A stretch of DNA of 62,854 nt, filler included, from 3 parts of 3 records of this genome joined end to end with filler, not necessarily neighbours in it; one strand, 5' to 3'; numbered from the whole stretch's first letter, positions 20,343 to 31,459 are shown. Notes: generated by a model from the sequence alone, not told the origin. Program-made: numbers and translations.

Positions 20343-20375
20343 TCTAACCTGGCGTCCTTCATACCCCGGATACGC

Positions 20376-21410
20376 TCAGGGCTTGAGCGAACCATCCAGT
20401 AACTCTTCAAGCATTTGGGAGGGGCGAACGACACCTGCAACATTTCCGGCGACATTTAAAACCGGCAGGCGAACCAAATCCTCACTCTCGCCTTTGAATA
20501 CATGCTGAAGACCTGAAATTCGCGACAACACGGCGCCCATAAAACATTCAGAGGCGCGACTCGCGCCATCGTCAATCTTAAGCGCTATCCCGATTCCCGC
20601 ATCAGGAACGGCACCACAAAAAACCCCTTCCGCACCCGTTTTGACAATGAATGATCCTTTGCCTGCCTGAATGGCGCGCGTACACCAGCGCCCGGTCCCT
20701 GCCACCATGATCGGTTCTGAAACCATCGCCCGATAGATATGTTTCGACGCATGACGTCTTTCTGTCGACAACCCTTGCCCAGACGCAAATCGCGCAAACG
20801 ATAAGGCAAGTGGCTGAAGTGCGATTCCAGCGACCGGTATCCCACAACCATCTATCCCTCGCGGGACTTCTGCAAGAGACACATCTGCAAGATCTTCAAG
20901 AAGCGACAGCACTCGCTGCTGGATAGGGTGTGTTGCCTCGATATAACCCGCGCTTGACAAGCCAAGATGCTGAACGGAAGACAGGAAACCGGCATGCTTG
21001 CCAGAGCAGTTGTTATGGACCGCGCCGGGTTCGATGTTTGAGTTGATAAGCGCCTTTTGATCTTCGCAGCGGCGAGGAGCATGGGCGCCACATTCCAGCG
21101 CGTTTTCGCTCAACCCAATTTGCATTAACCATTGCCGAACGGTTTCAACGTGAACGTTCTCCCCATTATGAGACGCACACGCTAGCGCAAGCTGGCGATC
21201 AGTGAGTTGGTATGCTTCTGCCGCCCCGCTCTCAATGAGCTGGATCGCCTGCAGTGGCTTAATTGAGGATCGTGGATAAATCTGTTGAGACACATCTCCG
21301 AGGCTCGCGAGTAATTTGCCGTCATCCCGTACGACAGCGACCGCCCCGCGGTGGCGACTTTCGATCATTCCGCCACGCGTGACATCAATCACAACTGGAT
21401 TTGCACTCAT
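20376..21410 (-). CDS. L-asparaginase II (Rhizobium-type, class 3)
   Basis: RSSIKPLQA, LACASHNGE, HNNCSGKHAG, DGCGIP, KTGAEGV motifs. Confidence 0.9.
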   Translation of the reverse strand: MSANPVVIDVTRGGMIESRHRGAVAVVRDDGKLLASLGDVSQQIYPRSSIKPLQAIQLIESGAAEAYQLTDRQLALACASHNGENVHVETVRQWLMQIGLSENALECGAHAPRRCEDQKALINSNIEPGAVHNNCSGKHAGFLSSVQHLGLSSAGYIEATHPIQQRVLSLLEDLADVSLAEVPRGIDGCGIPVAGIALQPLALSFARFASGQGLSTERRHASKHIYRAMVSEPIMVAGTGRWCTRAIQAGKGSFIVKTGAEGVFCGAVPDAGIGIALKIDDGASRASECFMGAVLSRISGLQHVFKGESEDLVRLPVLNVAGNVAGVVRPSQMLEELLDGSLKP

Positions 21411-21501
21411 TTTCTTCCCTCAAATCACGCTCTAGAGCGCTTTATCACGTTACGAAAGATATACTATCTCAATAATTTTCCAACTATTTTGAATTACCAA
21501 A

Positions 21502-21873
21502 ATGAGCGACATGAAATATACCGCTGAGCATGCATGGGCTCGGGCGGACGACAATATCGTGACGGTTGGCATAACTGATTTCGCACAGGAGCAGCTTGGA
21601 GATCTTGTTTTTGTTGAACTGCCAACGGAAGGGGTCGAGGTTGCCGCCGGTCAGGAAGTTGTTGTTATTGAATCAGTTAAGGCAGCTGGGGATATTAAGT
21701 CCCCGATCTCAGGCACTATCATTGAGATCAATAAAAAACTTTTAGACGCTCCGGAAGAGGTCAACGATGACCCCACAGGCAGTGGCTGGTTTTACCGTTT
21801 AAAAGTCAAATCTACAGGAGATTTAGATCTACTCCTCGATAAAAGCCAATATGAAACACTCATTAATGATTAA
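21502..21873 (+). CDS. gcvH: Glycine cleavage H protein (lipoyl carrier)
   Basis: HAW, GITDFAQEQLGDLVFVELP, ESVKAA lipoyl lysine, GSGWF. Confidence 0.96.
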   Translation: MSDMKYTAEHAWARADDNIVTVGITDFAQEQLGDLVFVELPTEGVEVAAGQEVVVIESVKAAGDIKSPISGTIIEINKKLLDAPEEVNDDPTGSGWFYRLKVKSTGDLDLLLDKSQYETLIND

Positions 21874-21901
21874 GCAACAGTAATCCTGGAGTATTACAAC
21901 T

Positions 21902-22852
21902 ATGAGTAAGTATGGCGTTAACAATGCCGAACAAAAAGTGGCGCGAGTGCCCGTGAAATTCGCACCAACAGAACGCAGCGAACGGTTGAAAAAACCTGAG
22001 TGGATTCGAGCGAAATTTCCCGGCACTCCTGAGGTCATGCGTCTCAAGAAAATCTTGAGAGAAAAAGGCCTTAATACGGTCTGCGAGGAAGCGACCTGCC
22101 CAAATCTTGGTGAGTGCTTTGGTCACGGGACCGCGACGTTCATGATTCTCGGCGACGTTTGCACACGGCGCTGCCCTTTTTGTGATGTTGCTCATGGTCG
22201 ACCGGGAACCGTTGATATCGCCGAACCCAACCGCCTCGGCGAGACTGTAAAGGAAATGGGGCTTAGCTATGTTGTTGTTACGTCTGTCGATCGTGATGAT
22301 CTTAGAGACGGTGGCGCACAGCATTTTTCAGACTGCATTCAAGCGCTTCGAAGGTCGTGCCCTGATATTCAAGTTGAAATTTTGACACCGGACTTTCGGG
22401 GACGTGCCGAGAAAGCACTCGCTATTCTGAAAGCGACTCCGCCCGATGTTTTCAACCACAATCTCGAAACAGTGCCGGGCTTGTACCGACGGGTTAGGCC
22501 CGGCGCCGACTATCAATATTCGCTTAATCTGCTTAAGGACTTTTCAATCGCTTGCCCTGGCATACCGACAAAATCAGGTTTAATGCTGGGGTTGGGAGAA
22601 ACCAACGAAGAGGTGGTCTCGGTAATGGAAGATTTGAGACGCCACGGGGTTCAACTGTTGACATTGGGTCAATACCTGCAGCCGACCAAACACCACTTGC
22701 CCGTTGAAAGATATGCAACACCGGCTGAATTTGAGGAATTGAGGCAAATCGGGACAACGCTGGGCTTTTCCCATGTCGCCTCCGGTCCAATGGTCCGATC
22801 GTCCTATCATGCTGACCAGCAGGCGAAAGACGCCAAAAACCGGATGATCTAG
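21902..22852 (+). CDS. lipA: Lipoyl synthase
   Basis: [20 protein letters not shown] radical-SAM motif, RSSYHA. Confidence 0.97.
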   Translation: MSKYGVNNAEQKVARVPVKFAPTERSERLKKPEWIRAKFPGTPEVMRLKKILREKGLNTVCEEATCPNLGECFGHGTATFMILGDVCTRRCPFCDVAHGRPGTVDIAEPNRLGETVKEMGLSYVVVTSVDRDDLRDGGAQHFSDCIQALRRSCPDIQVEILTPDFRGRAEKALAILKATPPDVFNHNLETVPGLYRRVRPGADYQYSLNLLKDFSIACPGIPTKSGLMLGLGETNEEVVSVMEDLRRHGVQLLTLGQYLQPTKHHLPVERYATPAEFEELRQIGTTLGFSHVASGPMVRSSYHADQQAKDAKNRMI

Positions 22853-23041
22853 TTTTCCACACCGTCAATGGTCGGGAAACTTCTAATGATTTAGGGATAA
22901 AAATTGTAAAAATCATCGGTTTGGGTTTAAATCTGGCCTAACACTCGCGGTTTAGGTTTTCAGTCTCCAGATTTCTGGCTACAGACTGGAAGTCGCGGGT
23001 GATCAACAAACGACACTCACCAAAGTGAGAGAGGATTCGTA

Positions 23042-24061
23042 ATGAAACAAAAAACGACTGCTGTTCTGTCGGCGGCCGCGCTGGTCCTAGGCGTCGCAGG
23101 CACCACGCAGGCGGGCACCCTTGAAGATGTTCAGAGTCAGGGCGTCCTTCGCTGCGTCGTTAGCACCGGTATCGCCGGTTTTGCCCAACCGGATGCCAGT
23201 GGCGTCTGGAAAGGCTTCGACATTGACTTCTGCCGGGCGACTGCTGCTGCCGTGCTGGGCGATGCCAATAAAATTGAGGCAGTAACCTCAACTGGTAAAA
23301 CCCGTTTCACAAAGCTAAATGCCGGTGAAGGCGACGTGCTTTGGAGAAACACCACCATCACCTTCTCCCGTGACGTTGGCGTAAAACTGCGCTTTCATGG
23401 TGTGAACTACTATGATGGTCAGGGCTTTATGGTCAAAAAGAGTCTGGGCGTAAAAAGCGCAACAGAACTCGACGGCGCTTCAGTGTGCATCCAGACCGGT
23501 ACCACCACCGAGCTGAACCTCGCTGACTATTTCTCGTCCAATGGCATGAATTATGAGCCTGTTACGATTGAAACCAATGATGAGGCACGCCAGAACTATG
23601 AAAGTGGCCGTTGCGACGTGTACACCACGGATGCATCAGGTCTTGCTTCAACACGCTCTGCACTGCCAAACCCTGATGACCATATGGTTCTACCAGAAAT
23701 CATCTCCAAAGAGCCCTTGGGCCCTGCAACTCGCCACGGCGACGACCAATGGTCAGACATTGTGACTTGGGTGCTTAACGCAACGATCACGGCTGAAGAG
23801 CTCGGGGTCACCATGGCTAATGTTGACCAGATGAAAAGCTCTAAAAATCCTGAAGTACTGCGACTTCTTGGTGTTGACGGTAGTCAAGGCCAGGAACTCG
23901 GCCTGTCGAATGACTGGGCTTACCAGATCATCAAACAGGTTGGCAACTACGGCGAGATTTTCGAGCGCAATATTGGTGTCGACACCCCGCTTGGCATCGC
24001 GCGCGGTCTTAACGCGCTGTGGACCGAAGGTGGCCTGATGTACTCACCGCCGTTCCGCTAG
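23042..24061 (+). CDS. aapJ: General L-amino acid ABC transporter substrate-binding protein (AapJ/BztA)
   Basis: Signal peptide, YYDGQGF, GTTTELNLADYF, ISKEPLGP, VGNYGE, GLNALW...PPFR C-terminus. Confidence 0.93.
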   Translation: MKQKTTAVLSAAALVLGVAGTTQAGTLEDVQSQGVLRCVVSTGIAGFAQPDASGVWKGFDIDFCRATAAAVLGDANKIEAVTSTGKTRFTKLNAGEGDVLWRNTTITFSRDVGVKLRFHGVNYYDGQGFMVKKSLGVKSATELDGASVCIQTGTTTELNLADYFSSNGMNYEPVTIETNDEARQNYESGRCDVYTTDASGLASTRSALPNPDDHMVLPEIISKEPLGPATRHGDDQWSDIVTWVLNATITAEELGVTMANVDQMKSSKNPEVLRLLGVDGSQGQELGLSNDWAYQIIKQVGNYGEIFERNIGVDTPLGIARGLNALWTEGGLMYSPPFR

Positions 24062-24093
24062 TCGACTGGTTGTTTTTGTAACTGCAGTAACTT

Positions 24094-24121
24094 CACCAGG
24101 GATCCGTTAGGGTCCCTGGTG
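24094..24121 (+). other. Intercistronic stem-loop after aapJ (likely mRNA-stabilising)
   Basis: CACCAGGGATCC-GTTA-GGGTCCCTGGTG: a 12-bp stem with no U-tract. Confidence 0.6.
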
Positions 24122-24170
24122 TACCGCAGCTTAGTTCTGCGGTTAACCCCGCCGAAGACAGAATTTATAA

Positions 24171-25361
24171 ATGGCATCATCAAACGCCCCCTCGAACGTA
24201 CTCTCGCTACTCTGGCGCAATAAAGAATCCAGAGGCGTGATTATCCAGATTTTGACCATGGTCATTGTTTTTGGTCTGCTGGCGATCATTGCCCGCAATG
24301 TCGTCATTAATCTCGAGGCGGTCGGCAAGGAATTTAGCTTTGACTTTTTGTTCTGGCCCGCCGGCTACGACATTGGCTTCTCTCCATTTATCGAGTACAC
24401 GAATAAATCGACACACTTTATGTCAGGGGTCGTCGGTCTTCTCAACACCCTTCTGATCGCTTTTTGGGGTTGTATCCTTGCGACGATTCTAGGGTTCATC
24501 ATCGGCATCATGCGCCTATCAAGCAATTGGCTTGTGAGCCGGCTGTCATATGTTTTTGTCGAATTTGTTCGAAACGTTCCTGTCCTGATTCACATCCTGG
24601 CGATTTATGCGATTGTCGTCACGATCTTGCCCTCGACCAAACAAGCGATAAGTCTCGGCGGCGATCTATTTTTTCTGTCGAATCGAGGTTTTTATATCCC
24701 TGCACCTATTTTTGAGTCAGGTGCCGGTTGGGTTGGCATCGTGCTGCTAATCAGCATTGCCCTCGTCGTCGCTTTTAAACGCTGGGCCAAACGCGTTCAG
24801 GATAATACCGGGAAGATCTATCCCGTCTTTTGGATCTCCCTCGTCATCCTAACCGTACTGCCCTTTTTGGCGCTTGTCGCCATGGGCACGCCTATTTCCT
24901 GGGATATTCCCGCCCTTAAAGGATTTAATTTCCGGGGCGGCATGGCGATAAAGCCTGAATTCATCGCGCTTTGGCTCGGCCTCTCCTACTATACAGCCGC
25001 GTTCATCGCGGAGATCGTTCGGGCGGGAATCCTTGCGGTCAGTCATGGCCAAACTGAGGCCGCGCACGCGCTTGGCGTGCGTCCCAATCGAACGTTACAA
25101 CTCATTATTGTGCCTCAGGCACTCCGAATTATCGTACCGCCCTTATGTAGTCAGTATCTTAACCTGACGAAAAACTCATCCTTGGCAATCGCTATTGGAT
25201 ATATGGACATCACCGCAACGCTGGGCGGTATCAGCCTGATGCAAACCGGAAAAGAGATGGAAACGATGTTAATCGTGATGGGTATCTATCTTATTATTTC
25301 TCTACTAATTTCAAGTTTCATGAACTGGTTTAACAGTCGCATCAAACTGACTGAGCGCTAG
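24171..25361 (+). CDS. aapQ: Amino acid ABC permease AapQ/BztB
   Basis: GLLNTL, VEFVRNVPVL, AFIAEIVRAGI, GQTEAA EAA loop, YLNLTKNSSLA. Confidence 0.92.
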   Translation: MASSNAPSNVLSLLWRNKESRGVIIQILTMVIVFGLLAIIARNVVINLEAVGKEFSFDFLFWPAGYDIGFSPFIEYTNKSTHFMSGVVGLLNTLLIAFWGCILATILGFIIGIMRLSSNWLVSRLSYVFVEFVRNVPVLIHILAIYAIVVTILPSTKQAISLGGDLFFLSNRGFYIPAPIFESGAGWVGIVLLISIALVVAFKRWAKRVQDNTGKIYPVFWISLVILTVLPFLALVAMGTPISWDIPALKGFNFRGGMAIKPEFIALWLGLSYYTAAFIAEIVRAGILAVSHGQTEAAHALGVRPNRTLQLIIVPQALRIIVPPLCSQYLNLTKNSSLAIAIGYMDITATLGGISLMQTGKEMETMLIVMGIYLIISLLISSFMNWFNSRIKLTER

Positions 25362-25370
25362 GTCAATACC

Positions 25371-26504
25371 ATGGCAAAAAACTTCAACCCTCAAAGTTAC
25401 GAACCCGGCACCCATCCGGACCTCCCACCGCCGACCATTACGACGGGCTTGATCGGCTGGATAAAGAACAATCTCTTTTCCTCACCGCTAAATACCGCGC
25501 TGACCCTGATTTCAATTTGGTTTTTGTGGCAGATCCTACCGTCGTCGATCCATTGGCTGTTTACCGGCGCAATCTGGTCTGCGGTTGATCGAAAGGAATG
25601 TTGGGCGATGATGGATGCGCCAAGAGATGGTGCCTGCTGGGCCTTTATTCGAGGGAGTCTGGAATTATTTCTTTACGGCTGGTACCCCGAACCAGAACGG
25701 TGGCGCGTCAATCTGACATTTGTCCTTTTTGGGGCCGCTGTCTTTGGCGCGCTACGTGAAAATATTCCCGGCAAAAAATATTGGTTAATGTTCGCGGCGG
25801 TCTTTCCATTTCTCGCGGCCTGGCTTCTGTTTGGCGGGTTTGGCCTTGAGCCGGTCCCAACAGGCAAATTGGGCGGCATTCTCCTGACACTGGTGGTCGC
25901 CGTCACAGGTATTTCTTTTTCTCTTCCGTTAGGAATCGCACTCGCCCTTGGCCGCCGTTCACGCTTACCCGTGCTGCGAGCGATCTGTGTCATTTTCATC
26001 GAATTTATTCGCGGTGTGCCACTCATTACCCTTCTTTTTGTCGCATCAACGATGTTGACCTATTTTTTACCGCCAGGATCCTCTTTTGATCTTTTGATGC
26101 GGGTATTAATCATGGTGACACTTTTCGCAGCTGCGTATATCGCCGAAGTTGTCCGCGGCGGACTTCAAGGATTGTCATCGGGGCAGTATGAGGCGGCCGA
26201 CGCCCTCGGCCTGACTTATTGGCAATCGCATCGCCTCATCATTTTGCCCCAGGCTTTGAAAATCTCGATCCCGGGAATTGTGAACACCTTCATTGGCTCC
26301 TATAAGGACTCGGTCCTTGTTCTTATCATTGGTATGATGGATATATTGGGACTTGGCAGGGCCCGTCTGAATGACCCAGACTGGCTAGGACTTGCTCCGG
26401 AGCTGTATATCTTTATCTCCCTATTCTTTTTTGTGAGTTGTTTCGCGATGGCGCGCTACTCATTGAGCCTAGAGAAGAAACTCGAAACTGGCCATAAATC
26501 CTAA
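25371..26504 (+). CDS. aapM: Amino acid ABC permease AapM/BztC
   Basis: WIKNNLFSS, FIEFIRGVPLIT, AYIAEVVRGGLQ, GQYEAADALGL. Confidence 0.92.
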   Translation: MAKNFNPQSYEPGTHPDLPPPTITTGLIGWIKNNLFSSPLNTALTLISIWFLWQILPSSIHWLFTGAIWSAVDRKECWAMMDAPRDGACWAFIRGSLELFLYGWYPEPERWRVNLTFVLFGAAVFGALRENIPGKKYWLMFAAVFPFLAAWLLFGGFGLEPVPTGKLGGILLTLVVAVTGISFSLPLGIALALGRRSRLPVLRAICVIFIEFIRGVPLITLLFVASTMLTYFLPPGSSFDLLMRVLIMVTLFAAAYIAEVVRGGLQGLSSGQYEAADALGLTYWQSHRLIILPQALKISIPGIVNTFIGSYKDSVLVLIIGMMDILGLGRARLNDPDWLGLAPELYIFISLFFFVSCFAMARYSLSLEKKLETGHKS

Positions 26505-26529
26505 GAGACCATGAAAACGGATCATTAAT

Positions 26530-27300
26530 ATGAATCAGGACTCAATAAAACCTTCAAAAAATGAAGACTCAATCATCTCCATCCACGGAATGCATAAATG
26601 GTTCGGAGATTTTCATGTCCTCAAAAATATTAACCTCGAAGTCGGTCGCGGCGAACGAATTGTGATTTGTGGACCATCCGGCTCGGGCAAGTCGACACTG
26701 ATTCGCTGCATTAATCGCCTGGAAGAACATCAGCAGGGAGATATCATTGTCGAAGGTACCGAATTGACAGAAGACCTGAAAAACATCGATATCATTCGTT
26801 CTGAAGTTGGAATGGTCTTCCAGCAATTTAACCTCTTTCCACATCTGACCGTTTTAGAGAATGTAACGCTAGCACCTATCTGGGTTCGAAAATTACCGCG
26901 CGCTGAAGCCGAAGAGCAGGCGATGAGTTATCTCGAACGTGTCAAGATTCCTGAACAAGCGAGTAAATACCCCGGCCAGCTTTCAGGCGGCCAACAGCAG
27001 CGGGTCGCAATCGCGCGATCACTTTGCATGAATCCCCGTATTATGTTGTTTGATGAGCCGACTTCTGCTCTCGATCCTGAGATGATTAAAGAAGTATTGG
27101 ATGTCATGATCGAACTGGCCGAAAGCGGTATGACGATGCTCGTGGTCACTCATGAGATGGGTTTTGCAACTGCAGTCGCCCACCGAGTGATTTTTATGGA
27201 CGGTGGCGAAATTATCGAAGAGCAGCCCCCTCAAGCATTTTTTGAAAATCCCCAGCACGACCGGACAAAGCTATTCCTCAGCCAAATCCTGCACCACTAG
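26530..27300 (+). CDS. aapP: Amino acid ABC ATP-binding protein AapP/BztD
   Basis: Walker [19 protein letters not shown], Walker [14 protein letters not shown]. Confidence 0.94.
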   Translation: MNQDSIKPSKNEDSIISIHGMHKWFGDFHVLKNINLEVGRGERIVICGPSGSGKSTLIRCINRLEEHQQGDIIVEGTELTEDLKNIDIIRSEVGMVFQQFNLFPHLTVLENVTLAPIWVRKLPRAEAEEQAMSYLERVKIPEQASKYPGQLSGGQQQRVAIARSLCMNPRIMLFDEPTSALDPEMIKEVLDVMIELAESGMTMLVVTHEMGFATAVAHRVIFMDGGEIIEEQPPQAFFENPQHDRTKLFLSQILHH

Positions 27301-27955
27301 ATTTACTCGGTGGGCTTGGCTTGATAGTGGTGTTGACCGCGTATCCGTCCATGCGCTGATGAAGTGGGCTGTTGCGCGGGAAATGAGCGAGCAAGAACTC
27401 CATTTGATCGGCGAGAATCGTTCGACTAGACAGAAATATGTACTCGGCGTGAGTAGGCACAAAAGGCACTGCGACCAACTCCATCCCGGCTTCCTCGGGC
27501 ATCCGGTTTCCCTTATGGTGGTTACAACGCTTGCAGGACGTCACCACGTTTTGCCATATATCCCGCCCACCTCGACTCAATGGCGCGACATGATCTCGTG
27601 ACAGGCTTTCGTTATTGAAGCGCTGCCCACAATAAAGGCACAGATTCCCATCACGGCGAAACAAAGTGACATTATTCAACGGCGGCGCATAATTGGGAAG
27701 CCGTTTCAGGTGCGAGCGTGACCGCCCTGCCGTACAAATAATAGAATGAATTTCGATACGGCTCTGATGACCTGAGCGAGCATTAATACCGCCATTGACC
27801 GTATACAGGGCCGTACCCATTGGATAAAGGACTTGTCCAAGGCAGTCCAGTTTTACCGCCTCCTCAAAACCAATCCACTCGAGCGGCATACCCCCGATAT
27901 CGGTTCTTAACACTCTCAAGCTTGAATCGATCATCATTTCTCCATCGAATATCAA
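27278..27955 (-). CDS. HNH endonuclease (McrA-like)
   Basis: [36 protein letters not shown]. Start may be the ATG near 27937. Overlaps the 3' end of aapP. Confidence 0.88.
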   Translation of the reverse strand: MIFDGEMMIDSSLRVLRTDIGGMPLEWIGFEEAVKLDCLGQVLYPMGTALYTVNGGINARSGHQSRIEIHSIICTAGRSRSHLKRLPNYAPPLNNVTLFRRDGNLCLYCGQRFNNESLSRDHVAPLSRGGRDIWQNVVTSCKRCNHHKGNRMPEEAGMELVAVPFVPTHAEYIFLSSRTILADQMEFLLAHFPRNSPLHQRMDGYAVNTTIKPSPPSKSSGAGFG

Positions 27956-27998
27956 GCCTTAATGTGCTTTAAAAAACGTGACGAATCAATACCCTGCG

Positions 27999-29246
27999 CT
28001 ACCCGGAATCTTCCGCCCGTTGGCCCTGTCGTAACCGTGCGACAGGCGCCTCGTCTATCGGAAGATGGACGATCGCGGCTAACAGACCCATCACCACGCC
28101 CAGTTGCCACATGAGATCATACGAGCCCGTCAAATCATGTAAATAGCCCCCGAGCCAGACTCCGATGAAGCTACCAATTTGATGACTTAAAAACACAAAT
28201 CCAAAAAGGGTCGCCATGTAACGAATCCCAAAAACTTGCGCAACAATGCCAGCCGTTAACGGTACCGTAGATAACCAAAGGAGGCCCATCGTCGCTGCGA
28301 AGATATAAATCACCAGAGCTGTTTTTGGGATGAGGAGAAAAATAAAAAGCACCAGCGCCCTTAACCCATAAATACCGCTCAGGCCGATTTTCTTGCTAAA
28401 ACGTTGGCCATAGATTCCTGATAATACCGACCCCACAATATTAAATATTCCAATCAAAGAAATCGCGAGTGCGCCAACCATTGGCGCCAGTGAAAGATCG
28501 GTCACATAAATTGGCAAATGAACAGTAATAAATGCCACATGGAAACCACAAACAAAAAATCCTGCGGTCAAAAGCAAAAATCCACGATGTGCAAACGCTT
28601 CCTTGATGGCGCCAAAACTGTTTGAATGCACCACATTTTCCGCTCGAACCCTCGGGTCGCTGGGCAACAGAAAGGCGAGGGGCAAAATCGCACAAACTGA
28701 CAATGCGGAGAGTACCAGTGAAAAACTCCAACCGTAGCTTTCAATGACCGCTTGCGTTAAGGGTGAATAGACCACCTGACCTACTGACCCGGCAGCTGTC
28801 CCAAGACCAAAAACCAACGAACGACGCTCCATTCCGACTACGCGGACCATTGCCGCTGTTGCCAACGAAAATGCGGTGAATGCTACCCCGGTGCCGACCA
28901 AAACCCCGCCCGCGAGATGCAACGCACCAGCGCTATCAGCCATCGTAACCCCAAAGGTCCCGAGCGCATACACGATCGCACCGAGACCAATTACGACAAC
29001 TGGACCAAAACGGTCGGCAAGCATGCCTGATACCGGCAAACACAAACCTCAGAAAAGATTCTGTAACGCCATCGCAAAAGCGAAGGTCTCACGAGGCCAG
29101 TCCATCTGTTCGGTAATCGGCCCCATATAGAGACCGTAGCTTGACCGCGCTCCGAAACCGATGAGAGAAATCAGGCACCCTCCTAGCAAGACGACGAGGG
29201 GCGTCTGCCATGACTTTGCCGACAGACGATAATCCGTTGAGGACAT
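27999..29246 (-). pseudogene. MFS transporter interrupted by one in-frame TGA (nonsense mutation or sequencing error)
   Basis: The 65-aa and 348-aa ORFs share a frame: ...ALQNLF-TGA(29049-29051)-GLCLPVSGMLADRFG, where this family usually reads QNL.WG. Confidence 0.8.
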
Positions 29247-29355
29247 TTAATTTAACTCCGCATTGCAGTACTTCGTTAAAGGGAAATCAAGTAACTGCAT
29301 CGCCTTGATCTTTCAAATATATAATGAGCCGTCGCCACCTGATAACGTGATTTTA

Positions 29356-29796
29356 ATGGAAAATTTCCCGATCGATTACCCTAGAGTTCTTGAGGCATTT
29401 GAGTTTTTGCAAGACTGGGATGCTCGCTATCATTTTATTACCGAGCTCGGCGAAAAGCTCCCACCCTATCCCGATGATGAAAGACTTGACCTCTATCTGG
29501 TACCCGAATGTATGAGTACCGTGTATATCCGTGCGCTCCGAGGGGAGAATGGTAACTATTCTTTTCGAGGCGACTGCGACACATCCACCGTTAAAGGCGT
29601 CGTTGCAATATTAATGGCCATGTTTAACGACAAATCAGCGAGCGATATCAGCGATTTTGACGCAGATAACGAATTTGAAAAACTCGGTCTATTTGAACAT
29701 CTGAGCCCCTCTCGCCATGTCGGCGTCTATGCCATGGTCCAGCGAGTGAAGCGTCAGGTGGCTGCCATCGAGGCGTCGGTTGGAAAACCTGCTTAA
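29356..29796 (+). CDS. SufE-family sulfur acceptor protein
   Basis: DWDARY..ITELG.KLP, VPECMSTVY (conserved Cys), HLSPSR. ATG at 29356 preferred over TTG at 29263. Confidence 0.85.
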   Translation: MENFPIDYPRVLEAFEFLQDWDARYHFITELGEKLPPYPDDERLDLYLVPECMSTVYIRALRGENGNYSFRGDCDTSTVKGVVAILMAMFNDKSASDISDFDADNEFEKLGLFEHLSPSRHVGVYAMVQRVKRQVAAIEASVGKPA

Positions 29797-29818
29797 TAGG
29801 CCGCGAGCCAACCTAAAT

Positions 29819-31459
29819 TTAACTAATAGATTCGATGGTGGGCAACTCGCCCCTTTTCCTTTTCTGAATTAAATCGTCCAACCAGTCTGGATCCATTTCC
29901 GGCACTGAAGACAGCAGTAGCTCGGTATAGTCCTTGTGGGGCGGTTGGAGGATATCCTCTTTTTTGCCTTGCTCAACGATCTTCCCCTGATACATAACAA
30001 CAATGTTATCTGCGATCGCTTTGACCGTCGCTAAGTCGTGAGTAATAAACAGATAAGAGACGTTTAGATTATTCTGGAGATTCTGCAAGAGCTCAAGAAT
30101 GCCCTCAGCAACAAGTTGGTCAAGCGCTGAAGTTACTTCATCACAGATAATCAGTTCGGGGTTTGCGGCGAGCGCGCGGGCAATACAGACCCGTTGTTTC
30201 TCGCCACCCGATAACTGACCCGGCAGGCGATCACCAAAGTCCGCTGGCAATTCAATCTGCTCGAGTAATTCCCCAACACGAGCCTTTTTTGACGCGCCTT
30301 TCAATCCAAGATAAAACTCTAACGGTCGGCCAATTATCTCTGATATTTTTTGACGCGGATTTAGCGCAACATCCGGCATCTGATAAATCATTTGAATTGC
30401 ACGAAGTTGTTCTTTGTCGCGACCCGCCAACATCTTCGGTAACTCTTGATTTTCGAATTCTATTGCGCCGGATTGAGGCGGCAACAGGCCAGTGATTACT
30501 CTCGCCAACGTGCTTTTCCCGCTTCCCGATTCACCCACCACTGCAACGGTCTTACCTTTTGGGATTTCCATGCTGATATCCGTCAGCACATCCTGGTCTG
30601 CTCTTGGATAACGGGCGAAAATATTCTTGATCTCAAGGACGTGAGCATTTTCGGTTACTTGTTTTTTATCTTCCCGAAGCGACCTCACTGCGAGCAGCTT
30701 TCGGGTGTATTCCTCTTGAGGATTATCGAGTAGCGTACGCGCATCCCCCTCTTCCACTAAATCACCATGTCGCAAAACCATGATCCGGTCTGCAACCTGC
30801 GCGACAACCGCAAGATCATGGGTAATATAAATCGCCGATACACCTCTTGCCCTAACAGCTTCCTTAATTGTTGACAGGACCTCGATTTGGGTCGTGACAT
30901 CTAGCGCCGTAGTGGGCTCATCAAAGATGATCAGCCGCGGATCGCATCCCATTGCCATTGCTGTCATCGCCCGTTGTAGCTGACCACCAGAGACCTGATG
31001 AGGAAATCGTCGCCCAATCTTCTCTGGCTCGGGCAGATCCAGTTGCCCATAAAGATCAACCCCCCGACGTTCGGCCTCTTCCTGACGCATCTTTCCGTGT
31101 TGAACCGGTGCTTCCGAAAATTGATGAATCAAGCGGTGCGCGGGATTAAAGGAAGCCGCAGCACTCTGCGCAACATAGGCGACAGTATCGCCTCTAATTT
31201 GGCGAAGACGGGATGTTCGCGCGCCGACTAACTCCTCTCCCTCAAGAGAGATTGAGCCTGAAACGATTCGACATCCCGGTTTGGTATAACCCATCGCGGC
31301 CAGGCCAAATGTAGATTTTCCAGCCCCGGATTCGCCAATTAATCCGATGATCTCGCCCTTGCGCAAACTCATGCTCAGGCTTTTAACAATCGGCGTCCAG
31401 AGCCCATCGACCTCGGCCTCTATCACCAAGTCCTTCATGCTGAGCAAAATGTCACTCAT
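29819..31459 (-). CDS. Fused double-domain peptide/nickel-type ABC ATPase
   Basis: Two Walker A motifs (GESGAGKST, GESGSGKST), VSGGQLQR and LSGGEKQR, DEPTTALD and DEVTSALD. Confidence 0.93.
   Translation of the reverse strand: MSDILLSMKDLVIEAEVDGLWTPIVKSLSMSLRKGEIIGLIGESGAGKSTFGLAAMGYTKPGCRIVSGSISLEGEELVGARTSRLRQIRGDTVAYVAQSAAASFNPAHRLIHQFSEAPVQHGKMRQEEAERRGVDLYGQLDLPEPEKIGRRFPHQVSGGQLQRAMTAMAMGCDPRLIIFDEPTTALDVTTQIEVLSTIKEAVRARGVSAIYITHDLAVVAQVADRIMVLRHGDLVEEGDARTLLDNPQEEYTRKLLAVRSLREDKKQVTENAHVLEIKNIFARYPRADQDVLTDISMEIPKGKTVAVVGESGSGKSTLARVITGLLPPQSGAIEFENQELPKMLAGRDKEQLRAIQMIYQMPDVALNPRQKISEIIGRPLEFYLGLKGASKKARVGELLEQIELPADFGDRLPGQLSGGEKQRVCIARALAANPELIICDEVTSALDQLVAEGILELLQNLQNNLNVSYLFITHDLATVKAIADNIVVMYQGKIVEQGKKEDILQPPHKDYTELLLSSVPEMDPDWLDDLIQKRKRGELPTIESIS

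Noticed and set aside
29049-29051. Genome-wide TGA=Trp recoding or selenocysteine
   Set aside because: Many genes in the contig end at TGA with normal lengths and ATGA coupling, and Trp is otherwise encoded by TGG. The position is Trp-type in a transporter, not a redox Cys.
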